64,000 nucleotides of DNA from Eubacteriales bacterium (GCA_045126855.1 JBGVPG010000009.1:10752-74751), one strand, 5' to 3'. Positions 28,251-38,589 are shown, counted from the first letter of the stretch. The notes: a model not told the origin generated them from the sequence alone. Numbers and translations: made by a program.

Positions 28251-28391
28251 ATGAAAAGAAATTCTTTTGGCCACAGAGCCACAAAAATTTTGGCTGTTAT
28301 TGGATGTCTTCTCCTTGCAGTTTTGGTCTGGCTCGTAGTGAGATATTCGCAAATAGGCGGTCTTCCTATCACTATGCCTCCCCTCGGTTAA
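28251..28391 (+). CDS. 46-aa single-TM micro-protein (CdaR-anchor-like)
   Basis: GAGGT SD ~5 nt upstream. Sequence MKRNSFGHRATKILAVIGCLLLAVLVWLVVRYSQIGGLPITMPPLG. It falls below the ORF-track size cutoff. Confidence 0.45.
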   Translation: MKRNSFGHRATKILAVIGCLLLAVLVWLVVRYSQIGGLPITMPPLG

Positions 28392-28401
28392 TGGAGCCGA
28401 T

Positions 28402-30021
28402 ATGAAGTTTATCAATAGTTTTTTGCTGATAAATAACGTAAAGCTTTCTGTTAACGCCTCTGAGAAAGAGGCGTTTTCGGTTGCAAGGGGAATTCTTCGT
28501 CGTGCAGGACTTGAATCCTTTGTCCACGAATATGCGGTGTACAGAAGAAGCATTGACGCAAGAAAGAAGCCCGATATTTATTATGTATATTCAATCGCAG
28601 CATCAGGCGATTTTCCTGAAATACCAATTGAAAAGCAGAAAAAGTTTGGTATATCGGTCGAGGAGTCTCAGGTGTTGAAAATACCCACCCACGGCGACAA
28701 GCAATTATCCGCTCCCCCCGTTATCGTTGGCTCCGGTCCCTGCGGACTATTCGCCGCTCTAATTCTTGCTGAAGCAGGTTATAAACCCATTATTCTTGAA
28801 CGAGGCGGTTGTATAAGTGAGCGAACAAACGCAGTAAAGTGGTTTAACGAGGAGCAAATACTAAATACTGAAACGAATATTCAATTTGGCGCGGGCGGCG
28901 CAGGAACGTTTTCGGACGGCAAGCTCGTTACACGAGTAAATGATCCTCTTACAAGCTACGTTCTTGATCGATTTGTTGATTTTGGCGCTCCGGGAGAAAT
29001 CCGATTTATTGCTAAGCCTCACGTCGGAACAGACGTTTTATCCAAGGTTATCGATAATATGATAGCCAGGATTTGCGATCTTGGAGGTAAGATTTACTAT
29101 AACACAAAGTTCATATCAGAGGTATCTGAATTTGGCGTTGTCACAGCCGTCAGAACCAACAATGGTGAGTTTCCTTGCGGTGCGCTCATTCTTGCTATCG
29201 GGCACAGTGCAAGAGATACCTACGAATATCTTATACGCCATAATCTGAATATCGAAGCAAAGCCCATATCTGTTGGAATGCGTATTGAGCATCTGGCAGA
29301 GGATATAGACAGAGCAATGTACGGCACGGCAGCAGGTACACCGGGACTCGGCCATGCAGAGTACAACCTTTCCTGCAATACAAAAACTCGTGGCACTTAT
29401 ACCTTCTGCATGTGCCCGGGCGGCATTGTTGTAGCTGCAGCCAGCGAATCGGACAGCGTGGTTGTTAATGGAATGAGTTACCACGCAAGAGCAGGAAGAA
29501 ATTCCAATTCTGCCGTAGTCACAAGTGTGTTCAAAGATGATTATGGCTCAACACCCATGGCAGCCATAGATTTCCAGCGTAGAATTGAGCGTGCTGCTTT
29601 TATAGCAGGCGGAGCAAACTATTACGCTCCCATAATTACAGTTGGCGATTTTCTCTCAGGTGAGTTGAAAACAGAGCCGAAACGCATTCTGCCCGAATAT
29701 ATGTGCCAAAACGAGGTGAGGTTAGCTCGCCCCGAAGATTATTTACCTAAATTTGTTACCGATGGTATATCCTCGGCTCTTCTTGATTTTGACAAGAAAA
29801 TCAGGGGGTTTGCCGTTCATGACGCAGTATTAACCGGTGCCGAAACCAGGACAAGCGCACCGTTGCGAATTCTCCGTGACCAAGACACAAGGCTTGCAAG
29901 CGGATATCTTAATCTATTTCCTGCCGGCGAAGGAGCAGGCTATGCCGGTGGCATTACAAGTGCTGCTATAGACGGCGTTAAGAGCGCAATTGCTCTTATA
30001 AAGAAATACAAAAGTTGCTGA
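28402..30021 (+). CDS. COG2509-type FAD-dependent protein
   Basis: Contains IVGSGPCGLFAA (GxGxxG). The N-terminal SIDARKK segment and the C-terminus FPAGEGAGYAGGI are typical of this family. Confidence 0.85.
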   Translation: MKFINSFLLINNVKLSVNASEKEAFSVARGILRRAGLESFVHEYAVYRRSIDARKKPDIYYVYSIAASGDFPEIPIEKQKKFGISVEESQVLKIPTHGDKQLSAPPVIVGSGPCGLFAALILAEAGYKPIILERGGCISERTNAVKWFNEEQILNTETNIQFGAGGAGTFSDGKLVTRVNDPLTSYVLDRFVDFGAPGEIRFIAKPHVGTDVLSKVIDNMIARICDLGGKIYYNTKFISEVSEFGVVTAVRTNNGEFPCGALILAIGHSARDTYEYLIRHNLNIEAKPISVGMRIEHLAEDIDRAMYGTAAGTPGLGHAEYNLSCNTKTRGTYTFCMCPGGIVVAAASESDSVVVNGMSYHARAGRNSNSAVVTSVFKDDYGSTPMAAIDFQRRIERAAFIAGGANYYAPIITVGDFLSGELKTEPKRILPEYMCQNEVRLARPEDYLPKFVTDGISSALLDFDKKIRGFAVHDAVLTGAETRTSAPLRILRDQDTRLASGYLNLFPAGEGAGYAGGITSAAIDGVKSAIALIKKYKSC

Positions 30022-30126
30022 TCATTTGCGGGTGAAATCAAGACCGCAATCCCCCTCGGAGGAATATCCGAGCTTCATTTGCATAATAAAATGAAAGGCG
30101 GGAGAAATCCCCACTTGGTTTTAATA

Positions 30127-32325
30127 ATGAAAAAAATCAACGAAAAAAAGGAGAAGAAGTGGCTAATTAAATCAATCGACAGTCGCGAGTACGATGCCGC
30201 AATAACCGAAATTGCCCTCGCACTCGGGATAAATCCGATTGTCGCAAAGCTTCTTTACAACCGCGGATATAATACAGTTGAATCCGCGAAGGCTTTCATC
30301 TATATGGAAAGCGAAATGCTTATCGATCCATTCCTTATGAAGGATATCGTTAAAGCAATTGACGGTATTTGGGCTGCCATTGAAAAGGGGCAGAAAATTA
30401 CCGTTTACGGTGACTATGACGTTGATGGCGTAACGTCTGTATGCACCCTGTATCTTTATTTGAAGGCCCTTGGTGCGGATGTAAACTATTACATCCCCAA
30501 CAGAGCAGGAGAAGGATACGGTGTATCCGTGGCAGCGATTGATGCTATTGCCGAAGAAGGAACAAAGCTGATCGTTACCGTTGATACAGGTACAACAGCA
30601 GTAGACGAGGTTGAATATGCCAAGAGCCTCGGAATAGACTTTATCATTACCGATCACCACGAGTGTCGTTCTGATCTTCCCGATGCTCTTGCAGTTATTA
30701 ACCCTCACAGGCCAGACTGCGAATATCCCTTTAAGGAACTCGCCGGCGTTGGCGTGGTATTTAAGTTGATCTGCGCATACGAGGAAAGAATTCTTGGTCG
30801 CAAGAGACGTGATGCCGCAATATCAATTTTCAATCGATTTGCTGACCTTGTTGCCATTGGAACAATTGCGGATGTAATGCCTATCAAGGAAGAGAACCGC
30901 ATTATCGTCAGATATGGTCTTGCAATGATAGAAAAGACCGATAGCGTTGGACTGTCTGCACTTATTGAGGCTGCCTCGGCTAAGAATGATTCACAGCGTT
31001 CTGCGCAGAGAAAGAAAAAAGCCAAAATTACATCCGGATATATCGGATATACACTCGCTCCCAGAATTAATGCTGCAGGAAGAATCAAAACGGCATCACT
31101 TGCCGTTGAGCTATTCCTTTCCGAAGACAGGAGCAGAGCACTCGAAATTGCCGAGGAACTTTGCCGCACAAACAAGGAAAGGCAGGCAGAGGAAAACAAA
31201 ATAATGCAGGAAGCATATCAGAAGATTGAGCAGTATGATATTGACAAGAATCCTGTAATTGTTCTCGACGCCGATAACTGGCATCATGGCGTCATTGGTA
31301 TTGTTGCATCCAGAATAACAGAAAAATATGCAAGACCCGCCATCCTCGTTTCATTTGAAGGTAACGACGGCGATTGTCCCTCTCCTGATGATATTGGCAA
31401 GGGATCCGGCAGAAGCATTAAGGGTATGAATCTTGTAGATGCTCTTTGCCATTGCTCCGATCATCTTGTAAAATTTGGCGGTCACGAGCTTGCCGCAGGC
31501 CTTTCCGTTACACGAGGAGAGCTTGATAACTTCAGAAGACTCATCAATGAATATGCCGTAAACAATCTGACAGAGAAGGACATGGTACAAACCATTGAAG
31601 CTGATTGTGAGCTTGAGTTTACGGACGTTAATCTGGCTCTTGCTAAGAGCATACAGCTTCTCGAGCCCTATGGCGTATCAAACCCAATTCCTAATTTCGT
31701 GCTCAGAGCTGTCACCGTAAACGATATCACAGGTATCAGCGACGGTAAGCACTCACGAATTGCACTTGGTAACGGCAAATATTCCATCTCCGCTATGTAT
31801 TTTTCCAACTCTCCCGAATCCCTCGGTATTTTTGTCGGCGATAAGGTTGACGCCCTCTTCAACTTGGACGTTAACGAGTGGGGCGGTAGAGAAAGCACGC
31901 AGCTTATTATACGTGATCTGAAACCATCTCAGAGTCAGAAGGATCAGCATGTTAACGACGTCGCTCGCTTTGAGGAGATCCGCAACGGTGCCTCCTTCAA
32001 TGAAAACGAGAACGTCCTTCCTTCGAGGGATGAATTTGCTGCAGTATATCGTCTTGTTGCATCTTCCGTTCGCTCCGGTGTGGACACTCTTTCTCACAGA
32101 GAAATTATCTCAAGACTTAAATCATCCGAGGATAACTGCAAGATAGGCTACATAAAGTTAAAAATTATCGTTATGGTCTTCAAGGAGTTGAACCTCATAA
32201 ATATCGAAGACGTTGCTGATGAGACCTATAAATTCAAAATTCATTATTCTACAACTAAAACGAAGCTTGATAAATCAACGCTTCTTCGCCGCTTGCGTTC
32301 GCAGATGATCCGCAGCGACAAATAA
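30127..32325 (+). CDS. recJ: Single-stranded-DNA-specific exonuclease RecJ
   Basis: DHH motifs (GDYDVDGVTS, DHH) and a DHHA1 domain. The start is uncertain because no good SD is present. Confidence 0.9.
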   Translation: MKKINEKKEKKWLIKSIDSREYDAAITEIALALGINPIVAKLLYNRGYNTVESAKAFIYMESEMLIDPFLMKDIVKAIDGIWAAIEKGQKITVYGDYDVDGVTSVCTLYLYLKALGADVNYYIPNRAGEGYGVSVAAIDAIAEEGTKLIVTVDTGTTAVDEVEYAKSLGIDFIITDHHECRSDLPDALAVINPHRPDCEYPFKELAGVGVVFKLICAYEERILGRKRRDAAISIFNRFADLVAIGTIADVMPIKEENRIIVRYGLAMIEKTDSVGLSALIEAASAKNDSQRSAQRKKKAKITSGYIGYTLAPRINAAGRIKTASLAVELFLSEDRSRALEIAEELCRTNKERQAEENKIMQEAYQKIEQYDIDKNPVIVLDADNWHHGVIGIVASRITEKYARPAILVSFEGNDGDCPSPDDIGKGSGRSIKGMNLVDALCHCSDHLVKFGGHELAAGLSVTRGELDNFRRLINEYAVNNLTEKDMVQTIEADCELEFTDVNLALAKSIQLLEPYGVSNPIPNFVLRAVTVNDITGISDGKHSRIALGNGKYSISAMYFSNSPESLGIFVGDKVDALFNLDVNEWGGRESTQLIIRDLKPSQSQKDQHVNDVARFEEIRNGASFNENENVLPSRDEFAAVYRLVASSVRSGVDTLSHREIISRLKSSEDNCKIGYIKLKIIVMVFKELNLINIEDVADETYKFKIHYSTTKTKLDKSTLLRRLRSQMIRSDK

Positions 32326-32335
32326 AGGTAATGTT

Positions 32336-34549
32336 ATGTATGAACAAATGACAGCTCTTTTGGATTACTTAAAAAAGAGCGAAAGAAACTATGATTATGA
32401 CCGAATCACCGAGGCATACAACTACGCAGATGCGCTTCACGAAGGCCAGATGCGTCTCAGTGGTGAGCCATATATCAGCCACCCTGTTGCTGTTGCCAGA
32501 ATCGTTGCAGAGTTAGGTCTTGATACCGATTCCATCTGTGCCGCGCTTCTTCACGACACCGTTGAGGATTGTGCTGATAAAACGAATCTTGAAACGATTG
32601 CAAAAATGTTTGGTAAGGACGTTGCAATTCTTGTTGACGGTCTTACCAAGATAATTCAGGTACAGGTTGCCGACAAGGAAGAGGCACATATTGAGAATAT
32701 CCGTAAGATGCTTCTTGCAATGAACAGGGATATTCGTGTTATTTTCATTAAACTCTGCGACAGACTGCACAACATGCGTACTCTTTCTGCAAAAAAAGAG
32801 GACAGGCAGCGTGCTATCGCCCTTGAAACCATGTATATTTATGCGCCCTTGGCACATCGTCTTGGTATTCAGCGTATTAAGCAGGAGCTTGAGAATATCA
32901 GCCTTTACTATCTTGACCGAGTAGGTTACGATGAGGTAAATCTTGAGATTGAAAAGAAATTTGGCCGTAGCGGAAACTTCATTGAGGAAGCAAAAAAGAT
33001 TCTCTCTGACAAGCTTTCCGAAAACGACATCAACTTTTATCTTGAGGGTAGAGTTAAATCTGTATACAGCCTTTACAGAAAGATGTATTCGCAGAACAAG
33101 GCGTTTGATGAGATATACGACTTCTATGCAGTAAGAGTAATCGTCGATACCGAGCTTGAGTGCTACACAGCTCTCGGTCTTGTTCACGAGCTTTTCAAGT
33201 CTATCCCCGGTAGATTCAAGGACTATATATCAACACCCAAGCCCAACCTTTACCGTTCCTTACACACCACAGTAATTGGACAAAGCGGCATTCCCTTCGA
33301 GGTGCAGATACGTACCAGACAAATGCACGAGGAGGCAGAATACGGTATTGCCGCCCATTGGAAATATAAGAGCGGAGGACAGTCGGGCACTAATATCGAT
33401 GAAAAGCTTCGTTGGATTGCGCAGCTTCTTGAATCTGACGAAAACACCCGAGATCCTGACGAGTTTATCCATTCCTTCAAAACCGATATATTCCACGACG
33501 AGACCTTTGTTTTCACTCCCAAGGGCGACGTTATATCGCTTCCCATGGGTTCTACTGTTATTGACTTTGCCTATGCGATCCATTCTGCAGTAGGCAACAA
33601 GATGACCGGCGCAAAAATAAACGGTGTTATCGTTCCTATTGATAAGATTCCCGGCAACGGTGATATTATCGAAATTATCACCTCAAACTCCTCAAAGGGA
33701 CCCAGCCGAGACTGGCTCAAGATCGTTAAAACAGGTCAGGCGAGGAGCAAGATCCGTCAGTGGTTCAAAAAAGAGAAGAGAACCGAAAACATCCAGGTCG
33801 GTAAGGCCGAGGTCGAACGCGAGCTCAAGCGTATTAATAAAAATCTCACTGATGACCAAATCAACGAAATTGTTAAGACGGTCGGAAAACGTGTAGGTAT
33901 TCAAAACGCCGACGACTTTTATAACACCATCGGCTTTGGAGGTCTTTCGCTTACCAGGTTCATTCCAAAAATTAAGGATGAGATAGAAAGGCTACGTGTT
34001 GAGGAGGAAGGCCCCCTTACAACCGAAGAGGAGCTTGCAAAGGTTAAGATTACCGACGTTAGTCGCAAGATGCATAAATCCGGCGGTATCCTTATCGACG
34101 GACAGGCCGGATATCAGGTAAAGTTTGCGAGATGCTGTAATCCTCTTCCCGGAGATAAAATTGTTGGTTTTGTTACACGTGGATTCGGTGTATCTGTTCA
34201 TAAGGCCGATTGCCCCAACGTAATAGCTTCCCGTGGCAACGAGGACAATCTCGCACGTTGGGTACGCGCCGAATGGGAGGAAGTGGAGGATACTCCTCGT
34301 GCTTCAATCTATGAGGCACTGATTCAGATTGGAGCCGAGGATGGAATTGGCGTTCTTGCTGCAATTTCCGTTGCTCTTGCAGATATGAAGGTATCTATAT
34401 CTCAGATCAATACTCAGGTTGGCAAGGACGGTGCTATTACAATCAACATCGTAGTAGGATGCAGAAACGTTTCTCATTACGAGTCCATCGTATCAAGGCT
34501 TCGCTCGCTGCCCAAAATCATCTCTGTCCGTCGCGGATTTACCAACTAA
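32336..34549 (+). CDS. relA: Bifunctional (p)ppGpp synthetase/hydrolase Rel
   Basis: HD hydrolase, RelA/SpoT synthetase, TGS and ACT domains. 737 aa. Confidence 0.96.
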   Translation: MYEQMTALLDYLKKSERNYDYDRITEAYNYADALHEGQMRLSGEPYISHPVAVARIVAELGLDTDSICAALLHDTVEDCADKTNLETIAKMFGKDVAILVDGLTKIIQVQVADKEEAHIENIRKMLLAMNRDIRVIFIKLCDRLHNMRTLSAKKEDRQRAIALETMYIYAPLAHRLGIQRIKQELENISLYYLDRVGYDEVNLEIEKKFGRSGNFIEEAKKILSDKLSENDINFYLEGRVKSVYSLYRKMYSQNKAFDEIYDFYAVRVIVDTELECYTALGLVHELFKSIPGRFKDYISTPKPNLYRSLHTTVIGQSGIPFEVQIRTRQMHEEAEYGIAAHWKYKSGGQSGTNIDEKLRWIAQLLESDENTRDPDEFIHSFKTDIFHDETFVFTPKGDVISLPMGSTVIDFAYAIHSAVGNKMTGAKINGVIVPIDKIPGNGDIIEIITSNSSKGPSRDWLKIVKTGQARSKIRQWFKKEKRTENIQVGKAEVERELKRINKNLTDDQINEIVKTVGKRVGIQNADDFYNTIGFGGLSLTRFIPKIKDEIERLRVEEEGPLTTEEELAKVKITDVSRKMHKSGGILIDGQAGYQVKFARCCNPLPGDKIVGFVTRGFGVSVHKADCPNVIASRGNEDNLARWVRAEWEEVEDTPRASIYEALIQIGAEDGIGVLAAISVALADMKVSISQINTQVGKDGAITINIVVGCRNVSHYESIVSRLRSLPKIISVRRGFTN

Positions 34550-34559
34550 GAGGTTTATT

Positions 34560-35012
34560 ATGATTTGTGTAATTCAAAGAGTTAATTCAGCCACCGTATA
34601 TGCCGATGGAGAGCTTTCAGGTTCTATTAATAAAGGTCTGTATCTTCTCCTCGGCGTTAAGGTTGGCGATGATAAGCAGGATGCGACTCTTCTTGCTGAG
34701 AAAATATCAAAGCTTCGTATTTTTTCAGATGAAAACGGTAAGATGAATCTTTCCATTAAGGATATTGAGGGCAGAGCTCTCGTTGTTTCAAACTTCACCC
34801 TGATGGCAAACTATGCTCACGGCAACAGACCCGATTATCTTAATTCGGCACCTCCCGCTGTCGCTAACGAGCTTTACGAGTTCTTTATGTCAGAATTGTC
34901 TGAAAGGATCGGGAAGTGTGAAAGCGGCAAGTTCGGCGCAGATATGCGAACCGAAATGTCTACCGACGGACCCGTTACTATCGTAATGGATTCAAAGGTT
35001 TTAAGGAAATAA
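34560..35012 (+). CDS. dtd: D-aminoacyl-tRNA deacylase
   Basis: 150 aa with the SNFTL motif and a conserved N-terminus (VIQRV). Confidence 0.93.
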   Translation: MICVIQRVNSATVYADGELSGSINKGLYLLLGVKVGDDKQDATLLAEKISKLRIFSDENGKMNLSIKDIEGRALVVSNFTLMANYAHGNRPDYLNSAPPAVANELYEFFMSELSERIGKCESGKFGADMRTEMSTDGPVTIVMDSKVLRK

Positions 35013-35029
35013 TTCTAAGGAAACATTTT

Positions 35030-36550
35030 ATGATTTTAAAAATCAACGGTGATATTAACAGATACTACGTACAAACCCTATGTATGGTGTTTTTCCCCGG
35101 AGCAACCTTCGGTGAGAACGAGCAACCCGGTCCTGACGTGCCAGAGGTTTCGGTAGACGTATATCGTGACGGCGAAGGTGCTGCAGTAACCGCCTATGCA
35201 TCTATTAAGCTTAACGATAAGCTTTGCGAAGCTACTGAAAGCGTTTCTCTTGCCGAGGATATAAGCTTTGCAACTCACGAGGCGATTGCCGTAGGAAAGG
35301 CAATTTTTGCCGCCGGCAAAGAGTTGCTTGGGCATACGCCTCCTTGGGGCATTCTCACAGGCGTTCGTCCTGCTAAGGTAGCAAATAATATTCTTCAAGA
35401 CGGAAAGGGAATAATCAGGGCAAAAAGAGTTCTGAGAGACGAATATTTCTTGAATCCTCAAAAGGCAGCTCTTGCAGTTTCGGTCGCTTCTGCTGAATAC
35501 AAGATAATGAAGAAGACCAAGTCTGACACTTGCTCACTTTATATCTCAATTCCTTTCTGCCCATCAAGATGTGCATATTGTAGCTTTGTTTCATATACCA
35601 CAAAGAGACTTCTTTCCATGATAGATGATTATCTTATCGCATTGATGGAAGATCTTGATGATACCTTCGACACTATCAGAAAGCTTGGAATGAAGGTTAC
35701 AACCGTTTATATTGGCGGTGGAACACCCACAACCTTGTCTGCAGAGCAGCTTAAGGTTCTACTTACCAAAATATCAGATAACGTTGACGTAAACGGCCTT
35801 CTTGAGTTCACCCTGGAGGCTGGTAGGCCGGATACCATTACTCGTGAAAAGCTTGAGGTCGCAAAAGAATTTGGTGTCACACGTGTCAGCGTCAATCCTC
35901 AGACTCTTAGCGATGACATACTTAGAGAGATCGGTCGCAGACACACCGTTGAGGATTTCTTCAACGCTTTTGCCCTTGCCAAGGAAATAGGATTCCGTGA
36001 TATCAACGTGGATCTTATTGCAGGACTTCCCGGTGATGATTTCAAGAATTTCTCCGAGACTGTCGACAGAATAATCGATCTCGGCCCTACAAACATTACC
36101 GTTCACACATTCTGTGTTAAAAAGGCATCAGATGCTCTTCGTAACAACTCTAACGTGTATTCCCTGACGGGAGGCGATGCAGCAAAAAGCGTTTCGTATT
36201 CGCAGTTAAAGACAAAATTTGCAGGCTACAAGCCATATTATATGTACAGACAGAAGAACACCGTCGGCAATCTTGAAAACGTCGGATTCTCCATTGAAGG
36301 ACACGAAGGTCTTTATAACGTCTATATGATGGAGGAATTTCAGACTATATTTGCTGTTGGCGCAGGAGCTGTCACCAAGCTTGTTAAGTTCGACCGTAAG
36401 ATCGGTCACCAGGATGCAAAGATAATGCGTCTTTTCCGTCCCAAGTATCCGTACGAATATCTTAGCGAAGCAGAAGCCGAAAGAGCAGGCAATGGCGGTA
36501 GACGAGAAAAAAATAGGAATGAGATTTTCGAGTTTTTTGAAGGTAACTAG
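35030..36550 (+). CDS. hemZ: HemZ/HemN-like radical SAM protein (coproporphyrinogen dehydrogenase family)
   Basis: CPSRCAYCSF radical-SAM cluster motif. The position after dtd is typical in Clostridia. Confidence 0.82.
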   Translation: MILKINGDINRYYVQTLCMVFFPGATFGENEQPGPDVPEVSVDVYRDGEGAAVTAYASIKLNDKLCEATESVSLAEDISFATHEAIAVGKAIFAAGKELLGHTPPWGILTGVRPAKVANNILQDGKGIIRAKRVLRDEYFLNPQKAALAVSVASAEYKIMKKTKSDTCSLYISIPFCPSRCAYCSFVSYTTKRLLSMIDDYLIALMEDLDDTFDTIRKLGMKVTTVYIGGGTPTTLSAEQLKVLLTKISDNVDVNGLLEFTLEAGRPDTITREKLEVAKEFGVTRVSVNPQTLSDDILREIGRRHTVEDFFNAFALAKEIGFRDINVDLIAGLPGDDFKNFSETVDRIIDLGPTNITVHTFCVKKASDALRNNSNVYSLTGGDAAKSVSYSQLKTKFAGYKPYYMYRQKNTVGNLENVGFSIEGHEGLYNVYMMEEFQTIFAVGAGAVTKLVKFDRKIGHQDAKIMRLFRPKYPYEYLSEAEAERAGNGGRREKNRNEIFEFFEGN

Positions 36551-36580
36551 CATTAATTCTTCATTAATATAATAAAAAAG

Positions 36581-36618
36581 ATGATCCGCTAATATAATTT
36601 AGTGGATCATTTCTTTTT
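36581..36618 (+). terminator. Intrinsic terminator directly abutting the next SD
   Basis: ATGATCCGCT-10 nt-AGTGGATCAT (one G-U pair) followed by TTCTTTTT. GGAGG follows immediately. Confidence 0.7.
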
Positions 36619-36627
36619 GGAGGAAAT

Positions 36628-38208
36628 ATGAAGAATAAAGGCATGAAAACAAACGCTATAATCAGCGGCACCTTTTCTCTAACGCTATCAACGGTTATCG
36701 TAAAACTACTTGGTTTGATTTATAAAATACCTTTAGCTGCAATTCTGGGCGACGAAGGTATGGGATATTTCAATTCAGCATATGCAGTATACAGCTTCTT
36801 TTTCCTTTTGTGCACAGCGGGAGTTCCCAAGGCTGTAATGATTCTTGTTTCTAAAAATAACACTGAGGGAAAGAATGAAGAAAGCGAGCATTTAGTATCT
36901 TCGGCAGCCAGATTATTCTTAATTATCGGTCTAATACTGTTTATCATCTTCAGCACGTTTTCCATCCCGATATCTAAGCTAATAGGTAACAGCAAAGCCT
37001 GGACGACTATGCTTGCAGTTGCGCCATCGATAATATTCATATCGCTTTCAAGTGTAATCAGAGGATATTTAAGCGCCAATATGCGGCTTCTTGAAATAGC
37101 TGTATCTCAGGTCATAGAGGGCGTAGGAAAGCTTGCAGTGGGTCTTATCGCCGCACAACTCTCGGCAAATGCGAATATGCCGCCTGAAATGATTTCCGCA
37201 ATGACAATATTGGGTGTTTCTTTCGGTGCTCTTGTTGGAATGGTGTATTTGTTTATAGTTTCAAAAATCAAGATTACAAAACATAAAACAAGGCAGAAGA
37301 GCACTCTTGGTCCGATTTTCAAAATATCCTTACCTATAACCGTAAGCGCTGGAATAATGAGCTTGACGGGTATAATTGATCTTGGATTAATAATGCGTAG
37401 CCTTGAATCCATAGGCTACACCGAGCTTGAAGCAACAGCTCTTTACGGTAATTATACTACTCTCGCCGTTCCTATATTTAATCTGGCAATTGCAATTATC
37501 ACACCAATTTCCATTGCATTTTTGCCCATATTTACATCATCCATAGCATCAAAGAATTTCACACAGCTAAACGAAGCAGAAGAAAGCTCCATTAAGCTCA
37601 CTTCACTGCTTACAGCTCCTATGACGGTGGGGCTGATAGCCTTCTCGAATGAGATTTTAACATTGCTGTTTCCAAAGTCGGAAATCGAGATTGGTGCAAT
37701 GTTGCTATGTCTTTTGGCGCCGGCAACTGTTTTTTTCTCGCTATTGCTGATCGTCAACAATTCGCTTGAAGCAGGGGGCAGGGTGAGGGCTCCCTTGATA
37801 TCTATGAGTATTGGCTGTATCGTGAAGATAACAGTAAGCTTATTACTAATTAAAAATCCTTCCTTTGGTATTTCCGGTGCACCAATAGGAACCGTTCTTT
37901 CATATTGTACTGCATTGATTATTTCATTAATAATTTATCGAATCGAATATGGCAGAAATATCAATATAAATACAGGTTTATCCAGATCCTTTGTCTTTGC
38001 CGTTTTATCAGTTTTATTATCCAAATCAGTTTTCAAATTCCTTCTTAGCCGTTTTTCGCAAAACGTTGCCTTGTTAATTGCAATTTTCCTTTGTGCGATC
38101 TTATATTTTGGCATCTATCTATCATTTGAATTAATAAGCAGCAGAGGACAACTAAAGATAGCAAAATACACAAATTTTTCTCCTTCAAATTGTAAATTAA
38201 ACACATAA
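36628..38208 (+). CDS. MOP-superfamily flippase (YabM/SpoVB/MurJ-like polysaccharide biosynthesis protein)
   Basis: 526 aa with ~14 TM helices. The position upstream of hup-yabO-yabP-yabQ mirrors Bacillus yabM. Confidence 0.78.
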   Translation: MKNKGMKTNAIISGTFSLTLSTVIVKLLGLIYKIPLAAILGDEGMGYFNSAYAVYSFFFLLCTAGVPKAVMILVSKNNTEGKNEESEHLVSSAARLFLIIGLILFIIFSTFSIPISKLIGNSKAWTTMLAVAPSIIFISLSSVIRGYLSANMRLLEIAVSQVIEGVGKLAVGLIAAQLSANANMPPEMISAMTILGVSFGALVGMVYLFIVSKIKITKHKTRQKSTLGPIFKISLPITVSAGIMSLTGIIDLGLIMRSLESIGYTELEATALYGNYTTLAVPIFNLAIAIITPISIAFLPIFTSSIASKNFTQLNEAEESSIKLTSLLTAPMTVGLIAFSNEILTLLFPKSEIEIGAMLLCLLAPATVFFSLLLIVNNSLEAGGRVRAPLISMSIGCIVKITVSLLLIKNPSFGISGAPIGTVLSYCTALIISLIIYRIEYGRNININTGLSRSFVFAVLSVLLSKSVFKFLLSRFSQNVALLIAIFLCAILYFGIYLSFELISSRGQLKIAKYTNFSPSNCKLNT

Positions 38209-38244
38209 CACAAAAACTAATTTATAAAAAAATAAATATGTCTA

Positions 38245-38274
38245 TTGACTTTGACTTTATCGGGTTGATATAAT
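38245..38274 (+). promoter_or_regulatory. Sigma-A promoter TTGACT-18-TATAAT for hup
   Basis: The -10 ends at 38274, which excludes the ORF-track start at 38275. Confidence 0.7.
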
Positions 38275-38313
38275 ATGTTTGTAAAATATTTTTATGAAAG
38301 GAAGTACAAACCA

Positions 38314-38586
38314 ATGAACAAGACCGATCTTATCAACGTTGTTGCCGCTGAGGCTAATCTTTCCAAGAAGGATGCTGACGCTGCAGTAACCGCTACCCTC
38401 GCTGCTATTGCTAACGCTCTTAAGGAGGGTGACAAGGTTCAGCTTATCGGCTTCGGTACCTTCGAGGTTAAGGAAGTTGCTGAAAGAGAAGGCCGTAACC
38501 CCAAGACCGGCGAGACCATTAAGATTCCTGCTTGCAAGAAGCCCGCTTTCACTGCATCTAAGCTTCTTAAGGATCAGCTCAACTAA
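38314..38586 (+). CDS. hup: DNA-binding protein HU
   Basis: [11 protein letters not shown]...[19 protein letters not shown]. Confidence 0.95.
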   Translation: MNKTDLINVVAAEANLSKKDADAAVTATLAAIANALKEGDKVQLIGFGTFEVKEVAEREGRNPKTGETIKIPACKKPAFTASKLLKDQLN

Positions 38587-38589
38587 TTA

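Noticed and set aside
27813-28553. A 246-aa minus-strand ORF spanning the cdaA 3' end, the micro-ORF and the start of the flavoprotein gene.
   Set aside because: It is antisense to three plus-strand coding features and has no SD or promoter. It was considered as an alternative explanation of the cdaA-downstream gap and then dismissed.
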